Positions 54,102-64,000 of a stretch of 64,000 nt of DNA are shown in pieces. The first letter of the stretch is position 1, and each line of letters begins with the position of its first letter. Below the pieces are notes generated by a model. It was not told the DNA's origin. It searched no databases and worked only from the letters and a program-made list of their open reading frames with translations. Source of the DNA: Octopus sinensis (Eukaryota); NCBI RefSeq assembly GCF_006345805.1, contig NC_043000.1, positions 32,798,001 through 32,862,000 of the forward strand, read 5' to 3'. A program made the translations under genes and the position numbers.

Positions 54102-54161
<60 letters not shown>

Positions 54162-54182
54162 GGAGAGAGAGAGGGAGAGAGA
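54102..54182. repeat. (GA)n microsatellite
   Basis: Direct reading. Confidence 0.95.
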
Positions 54183-54189
54183 GCACTTC

Positions 54190-54950
54190 CCTCTCCACTC
54201 TCGTTTTCTTTTCCGAGTAGGACTTGAAAAAGTCGACGGAGGCTTGACCGGGGGTTCGTATCAGCCCGCAATCCTTTCAGCTTCGCCTATGGCACAACTT
54301 CTTTTGGCACATCCACGCGAAAGAGGAGCACTTCATGCTCTGCCTTTTTTGCCTTTTTTAAAGGCAGATGCTTGAGTGATCCTCACGATGGACTCGTCCA
54401 GCAGTCGGGTTCGTCCAAAACGTAATGACAGTTATTTGACATAAGCCACAACTCAGCAAAGTTCGAGTACTGCACAAGCGCATCATGCACGGTTTCATTG
54501 ATCTGCGAGCACCTCAGATAGTCTCGGTTGGCAGCACTTCCATGGCCATTGAGTTAATCTCGAATTACAGAAGCTCTGCCAGGCCAAGGATTTCTGGAAG
54601 CAATCCCCAGCCCGAAAGTTCTCCAAAACAGATTATCTAATTTGACTTCGTCGTTGTGTAAAGTTTCCTGGAGAACTTAGTCGTTTTTTTTTACTTACCA
54701 TGGTATCTCTATGTGGTTAAACTAGAATTTCTACTGACAGCGTTGGCCGACTGGTAAAGGGGAGAGGGGGAGCCCCTGACGATATTCCAAGTGCCAAATG
54801 ACTAACCCTGGTCTTTTCTTAATCCAAGTCTGCAGTTCTCTCAAAGAGATGAGCTGCGGAAAAACGCATCTAACAAACCGAGACCACATCTGTTCACTAT
54901 CCAGGAAAATCTATGAAAAGATATAAAATGTGACCACTCCGTCTGTTTTT
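54190..54950 (-). mobile_element. L1/Tx1-clade ORF2 C-terminal fragment
   Basis: Minus-strand remnants EQMWSRFVR, RCSQINETVHDALVQYSNFAELW (degenerate CCHC knuckle), GRTRLLDESIVRI and KEVV.*AKLKGLR. Confidence 0.6.
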
Positions 54951-55541
54951 TTTTTTAGAAAAAGCCTTTCAACCGTGCCCATCCTGTCTTTTCAAAAACG
55001 TTCCGTGACCAGCATGCGTTTCAAACGGCAGCACCCATTTTTACTATTAAGTCTTTATGCAGTGGCATTCCGGGCTGCATCGATTATATAATGAGATCGA
55101 GTGAATCACCAATACCCCTATCACACATCAAACAGGCAAACTTATAATCAATAATGATTGATAACGGTGTCTTTGACTGGCACAAGGGCATCGAAGGAGG
55201 AAGACTACTCAGACGCAAAGCCAAAACGTTTTAATGTGTGTGGAGATTGGGGTGGGGGAAAGAATGCAAAAAAAAAAAAAACATAACAGGATTATAAATA
55301 TAACAAGTAAAATAATAAATAATTAAAATATAAAATGCATAATAATATTGTAAAAGGGGACAGTAAAATAGGACAAAAAAAGAGGCCCGCGCAAACCCAA
55401 CGTTTACACCTCAACACAGACAATAGGGGGGCCACGTGTACGGTAGATCTAGAGCAATAGACTTATGGGTCTAAGACAATAATTTATTGGACTGATGGAA
55501 TCGGTGGAGCATTGGAGAAAATGACTTGTGGTATTTAGTTA

Positions 55542-55771
55542 GGCGGTGAGCTGGCAGAAACGTTAGCACGCCGGGCGAAATGCTTAGCGGTATTCCGTCT
55601 GCGTTACGTTGTGAGTTCAAATTTCGCCGAGGTCGACATTGCCTTTCATCCTTTCGGGGTCGATAAATTAAGTACCAGTTACGCACTGGGGTCGATATAA
55701 TCGACTTAATACCTATGTCTGTCCTTGTTTGTCCCCTCTGTGTTTAGCCCCTTGTGGGTAATAAAGAAATA
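55542..55771 (+). mobile_element. tRNA-derived SINE (family C), full length with TSD
   Basis: GGTATTTAGTTAGG at 55530-55543 and 55772-55785. Head GGCGGTGAGCTGGCAGAA...GAGTTCAAAT. Many older copies occur at about 20425-22900, 26450-27200, 32300-32960 and 38020-38230. Confidence 0.9.
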
Positions 55772-56073
55772 GGTATTTAGTTAGGATTACGATCTGAGAT
55801 CGAATTCCGCGGGACCGGGAAACTCCAATAGCAATAATTTATTGCGATAAAGTATCGTAGAAATGAATGGAATTATAGCAGAAGATTAAGAAGAATGCAG
55901 AGATAATCCGTGTATAAACGATATATGAGAGCTGAGACGTACATCTTCGCTAATCACACCACTTCCACCCGTCTTTGATAAAAATTAAACGAACTGAAGA
56001 CTAAGATAAATAAATTAATTAATTAATAAATAGATAGACAGATAGATAAATAAATAAATCAAAGGAGACTTAC

Positions 56074-56233
56074 ATCTCGAAGAAATTGCGTTGACAAACG
56101 TTGATGAATTCCGACAGATAGTATTGCTGTTTAAGTAGAAACTATTGAGGACGTTTTGAAAATCCACCCCGCCCGCACATTCTGGACTTACTTCAACAAC
56201 TAACAAAGCCAGTGAAAATATCAACATTAACAT
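56074..56233 (-). CDS. S1A serine protease, putative first coding exon (signal peptide)
   Basis: ATG followed by hydrophobic MLMLIFSLALLVVEVSP, open to a phase-1 GTAAGT donor that is compatible with exon 2 or exon 3. Confidence 0.75.
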
Positions 56234-56359
56234 CGTTCGTATATCACAGCAGACGTCAAGCAGACGGTCTTCACCTGTAAATCTATACTCTTTCCTCTTT
56301 CTTTTCTACACTACCCCTCTAATATCCTTTTAGCTCCTGCTTTTCCTCCACATATTAGT

Positions 56360-56460
56360 TGCTCTCTCTCTCTCTCTCTCTCTCTCAACCTTCTCCCTCT
56401 TTTCTATATTATTTACTTCCTCACAACATATCTATCTATCTATCTATCCATCCATCCATC

Positions 56461-56543
<83 letters not shown>

Positions 56544-56605
56544 GTGTCTTTCGCTCTGTCTTTCTGTGTGTGTGTCTGTCTGTTTTCTCTGTCTGTCTGT
56601 CTGTA

Positions 56606-56682
<77 letters not shown>

Positions 56683-56705
56683 GTCTCTGTCTGTCTGTCT
56701 TTCTG

Positions 56706-56760
<55 letters not shown>

Positions 56761-56765
56761 CTATG
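56360..56765. repeat. Compound microsatellite (CT)n/(TATC)n/(TCTG)n
   Basis: Direct reading. About 20 uninterrupted TATC units at 56461-56542. Confidence 0.95.
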
Positions 56766-57155
56766 CATCCCCACCTACCACACAAATATCTTTTAGTTTT
56801 TCACTTGTTTCAGTCTTTAGACCGCTGCCATGCTGGAGCACTGCTTTGAAGTGCTTTAGTCGAACAAATGGACCCATGTGCCGGTTTTTTGAAGCCTTGT
56901 TCTCATTGTATCGGTATCTTTTGCCGAACTGCTATGATACGGAAAAGTAAACAGACCAAACACAAAGAAACATACATACATACGCATATATACATACATG
57001 TGTACGCGTGCATGTATATATATATATGTGTGTGTGTGTGTGTATATATATATATGTATTGACAGGGAAAGAGAGAGAGAGAGAGAGAGAGATGTATGCG
57101 TATTTAAATGTGTGTATATCTATCTGTAAATGTAACTTATATATGTGTAAATATA

Positions 57156-57192
<37 letters not shown>

Positions 57193-57479
57193 GTGTGTGT
57201 ATGCATGTATTTAGGTGTGGCGGTGTGGTTAAGAAGCTTGCTTCCCCACCACATAGTTTCATTTCAGTCCCACTGCGTGGTACCTTGAGCAAGTGTCTTC
57301 CACTCTCGTCTGTGAGTGGATTTGGTAGACGGAAACTGAAAGGAACTCCGTCACACACAGATACACACACACACACACACACACACACGCACGCAACAAT
57401 ACCTTGTATATTTCTCCGGTATTTCCAGCATTTTAGAATTAACATGTGCACAAAATGCACTTGTCTTGCGGCATGATTA

Positions 57480-58700
57480 TTTTGGCATTTATTGTGAGTG
57501 GAGAGAATTGCGAATCCAGTTTAGGATTTTATTCGCGTTCTCTGTAAACGACAGATGAGTGAAGCTCTGACAAACTTTAGCAACTCTAATAACCCGTTCA
57601 TATGATATGAGGCTTCCATAAAGTGATGGTATGTTGTCAACGTAATGACGGTCCCATGAAAGGGAAGAATACTACTACTATTTAGCCCTAGGAAACATCG
57701 TTTCCAATTGGCCATGACACATTTTCTGTGTCCTTGTTTTCAAAGGGGAGATAAGCACCTCCACCCAGCAAAGTCAGCATCCAGAGACTAGTTTCAGAGT
57801 CATTGCTCATCATCAGTCTGGAGTAGCATGGCTTGCTAGCTGTCCATGCTTATTCGCCTTTGAAAACATATAGATATGTTGTAGCATTCTTCCCTTTCCT
57901 GGGACTGCCACATTAAGCTGACAGCATACCTTCACTTTATCGTGCTGCTACTATATAGATCTCTCTGAAAGATTTAGAAATGTAACAATTCTATGAGGCT
58001 GAACACCAAGAAAGTCAATATACTGAAAATATTAATGTTACAAATAGACTCAGAAAGAGTGGATGCCATTGAAAGAATGAACACTGTGTTCTACAAGTTT
58101 GTTGTGTGTGTGTGGTGTCCTTTGACGCAGGTCCTGCAGACTGTAGTGGTATGCTTGGTGTTCTCAGCTCGATGTTTCCGCCCTCTGCGGTGCTCCTTGT
58201 CAAGCTCTTCTGACGCTAAAAGAAATGGAATTTGTAAGTCCTTTTCTGGCGAGTATACAGAATGTAATTCTGCCGGTCAGGAATCTTACAGTACCTCCTC
58301 GCAATGCGTCATAGGAAACCGAGTTCCTTGGAGTCCCAAGCTAAACTGTGAAAGATCTCGGTGCGTGCATGACCTACCAGTTGGTGGACAGGCTCTTCTA
58401 CTTACTAATTCACCCTCTACTGCCTCGGAGGGTGTGTCTACATAGGCTAAGGCTAGAAGAGAACTCTAAATACAAATTCACCTGTTCCCAAGTAGGTTAT
58501 GCTTATTTAAGTCTAAATATCCCCGAAAGAAAATCAGGAGTGGCAACCTCTCTGGTAGTAAGATGGATATGTCTCATTCAGACAGCTCTTGCATCCAGCA
58601 GTACCTCTCAGTTGTCTTGATTCCGATTTTCCATTTGATACCAGGAGAGCAGGAAGAGAGGGTGTGGTAGCTGCTGCATGATTCTACCTCAGCTTAAAAA
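57480..58700 (-). mobile_element. Decayed Penelope-like reverse transcriptase
   Basis: Minus-strand remnants HRIVTF.NLSE.LYSS, QRRISMDS and WDRHYVDNIPSLY resemble Penelope RT motifs. Confidence 0.45.
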
Positions 58701-60560
58701 CCTTGTGCAAGTCAGCGCAACTTTACAAATTTGGAAATCCTGTGGTGATGGAAGGATGTCGATAACAGCAAATCTGCAAAGCTGGAAGCTGTCGATCACA
58801 AACTAACACACACACAAGTCGGCTCCGGTTATAAGGTCGTTGTTTGGTAAAAGAAGGAATCCTGAGCTCCGACAGACCCTTGAGGGTGTTAGCAGCCCTA
58901 TTCAGGAACTCACGGCTCACCTCTCTCAATACGAGCAAGATATCCCCAAAAGTTGTTGCTTCATTTCTTCCTGGTCAGCTGACCACGGCTAATGGTATCC
59001 CAAAACCGCATTCAAAATATCAGGACGCAACGTATACCACTGAAGTTGGGTGCATGGAATGCAAGCGTTATGACAGACCTGCAAGAAGGTTGCTCTTGTT
59101 AGGAAAGAATTTTCAAGGGACAGTATTGACGTAGCTGCTATTGCTGTTGCTGTTGAGCGAAGCGGTCTTCGTCCCAGTGGGAGAAGTCCGAAACGTAGTC
59201 CTTTGCTATTCGTAAGACCCGCAGAAGAGAAAGCAGGTCAACCCTCGACACCGAGAGCATCGACGGATGGATGAATGCGCATCCAGGCTCAGCGGTTGCG
59301 TAGGAAATCGGGGACAAGAAACAGGAAGAAAGAGTGAGAGAAAGTTGGAGCGAAAGAGTACAACAGGGGTCGCCCCTCCCCCCCTGCCGGAACATCGTGG
59401 AGCTTTGGGTGTTTTCGCTCAATAAACACACACAACATCCGGTCTGGGAATCGAAACTACGATCCTCCGACCGCGAGTCCGCTGCCCTAACTACTGGGCT
59501 ATTGCGCCTCCACTTGATGTAGCTGCTTAAGGAAAACAGGTCTGGCTACACATTCTACGGCTCAGGGAAGGATAAGGATGACAAGCATGAAACTAGTGTA
59601 GCATCTGCAGCGAAGAACAGCCGAGAAAAAAACCTCACCATCATCCCGGGAGTTATAAATGATTGGCTTATAATTCCGAGACTATCAACAAAAGGGAACA
59701 ATTTTCTCAACCTTCTAAGCCGCTGTTTCCACGATGGCCAATGATCAAACATCCAAAACGAAGTTCTACAAAGATGCGTCGTCCTTAATTACAGCCATTC
59801 CCACCAAAGAAGAACTCATATTGTTGGGTAACTTCAATGCCAGAGTCAGAACCGATGAAGGAACATGGTAGGGTAAGTTAGGAACTAATAGAGTTAGCAG
59901 CTTCAATTTCAAACATGAACTTCTGTTGCTAACAGTCGACAATCATCCGCTCCAAGGTGTAAAGAAACTCGTCAAACTTGGAAGTGCACCGTCAAGATGT
60001 GTTTCCATTGATGATGAAATGAACGCAAAGGTTGCAAGATCCAGCTTTGCATTTGGACTTTTCCTTGACAAGGTTTGAGAAAGACTTGATTTGACTATAA
60101 TGACAAAACTCGATGTATACAAAGCTGTTGTGGTGACCACATTACTTTATGGACGTGAAAGATGGACAGTTTACCAAAGATACGCAAAATATCTCTACCA
60201 CTTTCACCTAACATATCTGCGAAAAATTCTCAACATCAAGCGGCAAACCCTAATACGGTTGTGCTCAAGAAAGCTGGTAAGTCAAGTATATATGCTTTCC
60301 TAATTAAATTCCAGCTGCTGTAGAATGGTCATGTAGCCCGACTCCAGACTCTCTAAATAGATTTTCTTTGATGAACAAGCGATTGGCTCTCGGTCACGTG
60401 GAGATACAAAGGCACCGAAGACAACATTCAAAAAGTGTCACTTAGAACAATCTACGTGGGAACGTCTTATTCAAGATCACACATTGTCGTGTAGTGATGT
60501 GTACCCTGAAGTACAACATACAGAAAAACGAAGCGTGATAATACAGTTGACATAAACCGC
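58700..60560 (+). mobile_element. RTE-BovB-like LINE remnant (APE start to ORF end, internally deleted), interrupted by a SINE
   Basis: Translates as LKLGAWN, DVAAL, LILLGNFNARV and TKLDVYKAVVVTTLLYGRERW. Confidence 0.8.
59140..59518 (-). mobile_element. tRNA-derived SINE (family B) with 9-bp TSD
   Basis: GTAGCTGCT at 59131-59139 and 59519-59527. Confidence 0.9.
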
Positions 60561-60670
60561 GTTTATCCATAGAAACATTTTAACCAATCAAACTTTCTAA
60601 TAGATAATTCGCTTATAATCAGATGTCACTATATGATCAGACCATGTCGCCAAAGTTAGTTACTGTAATA

Positions 60671-61033
60671 TCTCTCTATATATAAATGGCAAAATGTCTG
60701 TGTGTGTGTGTATCCTTTATACAAATCTACAATTTTTCATTTAGAGGGTTCGCACTTTCTATGGTCATTCAAAACCGTCCAAGGGTGGTCGTGCACATCT
60801 TTAAATTTCCCCAGTAACCCCGCAAAGCCATTAAAAAATCAATAGAAATGACTGTGAATTTTCTATCCAAAAGCCAATCAAAATGCCCGAAACTTGATAC
60901 GCCAAATGAATGCCAGCTAGCTGTATGTGATTAGTCGGAGATTTGGACAGTACTCGCGTGTATGTGCGCACGCACGCAGCTGTATATGTATTCACTAGCA
61001 CTATGACTCAGTGTTGCCGGGTCATAGAGCTAG
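60671..61033 (+). mobile_element. Non-autonomous Helitron-type element, copy 2
   Basis: A|TC...hairpin...CTAG|T. Highly similar to 5545-5911. Confidence 0.75.
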
Positions 61034-61739
61034 TACTTTATATATAGTTTTTTTTTTGTATTTTTCATTGCTGTGATGACCGATGTATTTGAATCACCAC
61101 ACTTCTATGACTGTATTGTTCGATGACTGCGTCTGTTAGTTTGAAAGTTCATTTTCAATTTCTTGAAATTATCTCCTTTTTGTCGACAGTCTCTAATGTT
61201 TGCCGGTAGGAGAAAGATTTCAATTGAAAATATTGAGCATAATATTCAATAGATCATCACCTATCCAAATGCATGCCATTGGTGCAATCGAGTTATTTCC
61301 CTTAACACAGCATGCATATATATATATATATATATATTGATAAAACGGTAAGATATATATATATATATATATATTTTATAGAAGGATAGCAATGGTTTCA
61401 TGCAAAGAAAAATCTCTCAACAATTATATCAACCATCCCACATCGGAACGTTGTTACTGGTCTCCATTTTAGATGATAATACATGAAGCTAAACAAGACT
61501 ATACGAGATTTTGGGATAAATAAATATACTGATCATGAGAAGTAACTTAGAAGCAAATAATAATATATACTCACGTATATGTGCATGCACATCTGTGAAA
61601 GACATATGTATATATACACATATATATATACACATACATACACACCTGCATTATGCGTTTTATTCGTGTATGAGTGTGTGCATATAATTCAGGAGTTTTA
61701 CAGATTTTGATGCCAAACATGGGCCATGCGGTTGTGTGT

Positions 61740-63480
61740 GTATTTTTTCTGTGAATCATTTGGTGTCATGAGTATGTGCAATCTGGATTCCCCTATTACA
61801 CATATCTGTGTAATGGGGGAATCTAGCATAAGTTCATGACAGAATGCTTGAAATTTCGGAGAATGAATTGTTACTTGCACATGCTGGGAAGAAGGTTTCC
61901 TCCTTAACATTTAAAAGTTTACTGTTGATGTTATATTATATAGTTTTTCAGCGCTGCAGGGCTTACATTTACTACTCGGTTTCTTGTATTTGCTCGCTTT
62001 AGTTATAATACCCCAGCTTATATTGGGGTTGCTGACTACTCTATCTTTAAGTGCCCATACCATATTGCATAAAGATGTATTTATTTTGCTTTTGTCTCTG
62101 AACGAACCCAAATGCTGTGTATATTTTTCTTTGAAGGTGTTTCCCGTCATTCCAATATAAGATTTTGTTGTTCCATTCAAATCCGTAATGCTGGTCTTGT
62201 ACACAAATACTTTTTCCAGGCAACTGTTGTTCAGGGGACAGCTGTCCGGGGATAAAAAATTACAGGATATTTGGGGAATGCTCCTACTGTTGTTATTTTT
62301 ATTGTGGTTGAAAATAATCGAACCAGTATTGAGGAGGCAATTATAGCTAACTTTGACGGTATTGCTATTGAAGATTTTGTGGTATTTCTGTGAGTGGGGT
62401 AGGGGTTATCTATAAATTTCAGGAATTTTCTAGCTATGTTAGTAGTCATATTCATACTACATAGTGGAATGTACCATAAAGTTTTCCTCTGTCTCCGTCT
62501 TCTTGGTGTATCTACATTTGGCTCAATATATATTCTTAAAGTTTGACTTTTCTAGTGCGGTGTTGTAGTATGGGGCAGCCTTTTTGAAAGTAGCTTTAGC
62601 GGCGGGTAGGTTGGAAACATGCCTACTAATACTATTAACTAATTGTTTGATAATTGACGGTGAATAGCTAGAGCCTATGTCAGTATAGAAGGTATCCTCA
62701 TTTGGTTTAGGGTAGGTTTATATTTGCCTGTACTAAGGTTCATGTTAATGTCTAGGAAATTAACTTCTTTAAGGTTAATGTTGTTGTTCTTAGGTTCAGT
62801 TGGCGTAACTTTTTCCTTATCCATTTTTGTTATGTACCATCCCAAGAACTTCATTCCTATATAGCCCTATGTCACCTTTTATCTCCTTTTAAGGACATCT
62901 AAGAAGTAAAATCTAAGGACATCTAAGAAGTAAAAGACAACCAGATCCTCGCTCCTTGCACCATCATAGCGATTTCAAATAGCTCATCCCCATTCTTTTT
63001 CACCCAATAGGAATTAACATGAAAAAGTAATGATTTCTTTGCATTCATTATTACCTATGTTTTACTAAACTGAAGTTCCTCTTAAAGCAGGCTTTTCAAG
63101 AGTGTGGTGTAAAACTCCACAATATCGAGCTGGATGAATATGCATTCGGGTTTATTTTAAATGTTCTTGAACCATTCAATAGTTGCACTGCTACATATCC
63201 AGCGAGTAAGGTTTATGAAGGTTCGTATGAGTCGTATAACGACGTCTAGTATAGATTTGTTGACAATACCTAATTCGCTTTCCGTGGCATTTATCAGTCT
63301 ACTGCTAGGGTTTTGTGCAAAATTGTCTTTGTGGTCTTTCAGGATTACAAAAAGTTTAGGTGGGGTATGTCGTTCTGCTCTGTCTTCGATTTCAAGTTTC
63401 ACACCTAACTGCTATGCGTGCAGTGATCAACCTCATAAACGTCTTTTGGTTTGTCTACTTTTATGAATGTATTTGAATAC
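61740..63480 (-). mobile_element. Penelope-like element remnant (RT plus GIY-YIG endonuclease)
   Basis: Translates as KLFVILKDHKDNF...SRLIN, INFLDIN, WYIPL..MTTNIARKFL and YKTSI...SYIGMTGNTFKEKYTQHLGSF. Confidence 0.85.
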
Positions 63481-64000
63481 TTTTTAAAAGGTTCAAGAAA
63501 TGTTTATAGTTTGTGATGGAAGCTGTTAGATCTGTGGTTGAATTTGACATTTTAAAACTAGTTTTAGGGGGTCAGCTTCGAATCTATCTAAGTCTTTAAT
63601 ATGTAGTGCTTTTTTTTTTTTGTAAAATCAAAAACCGTAACGATCCTCTGAACGAAGACTGAACGTAGCTTTACTGAAGAAAATATGCCTTCTATTTAAC
63701 TCCTCGGGGCGTTTTCTGTTTTATCGATCAGATTCTTGATGGTAGTAAAGGAATATTCTTCAGGGATGTTTTCCCTTCGTGTTTATCTATGATTTGTTTT
63801 GAGTCTGCGTTCGTGCTTAGTGCTCATCCGGTGTTTAAGAACGCCGGAAGAGTTTTTACGCTAATGTTGAATAGCGAGAATGAGTGCTCAATGCCATATT
63901 GGTGGATAAATATTCTATATTTGTAGGTTAACAACGCCACCGACGGTTTCATATAGAGAGAAATCTCTCAATAATTATTAAACCTCCCATGTGGGAATGT

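Noticed and set aside
54690-54760. ATG|GTAAGT donor as an extra protease exon
   Set aside because: The phase-1 frame contains stops, and the site lies within a Tx1-like LINE remnant.
56359-56950. Long ORFs over microsatellites (also 48778-49276, 57008-57476 and similar)
   Set aside because: These are low-complexity translations of simple repeats (SLSL, IYLS, CVCV, HTHT) with no coding signal.
57993-58620. Cys-containing plus-strand ORFs (150 aa and 90 aa) as a novel gene
   Set aside because: There are no recognisable motifs or splice context. The opposite strand is better explained as a decayed Penelope-like element.

Overview
AT-rich, repeat-dense animal genomic DNA. The SINE, RTE, Dong/R4 and Penelope content and the microsatellite load look like an octopus or other coleoid cephalopod; this is inferred, not verified. 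Two protein-coding genes can be supported. (1) An intact, intronless TMEM62-type gene (metallophosphoesterase plus multi-TM C-terminus) on + at 1066-3075. (2) A secreted S1A serine protease on -, missed by the ORF track as a unit, which I assembled by hand from 7 coding exons over 23674-56233. All splice sites are GT-AG and phase-compatible, giving 345 aa with an intact His/Asp/Ser triad. The protease has a six-cysteine N-terminal module I cannot assign to a known family, a Tyr-IIGG activation site despite a trypsin-type Asp189 pocket, and an extra Cys pair. The rest is decayed and nested mobile DNA: Dong/R4, RTE, CR1, L1/Tx1 and Penelope fragments, mariner and Tc3-like remnants, Helitron-type and MITE elements, several tRNA-derived SINE families, and micro/minisatellites. 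There are no true tRNA or rRNA genes and no CRISPR array. Exon, TSD and repeat-unit coordinates were counted from the sequence; boundaries of decayed TEs are approximate.
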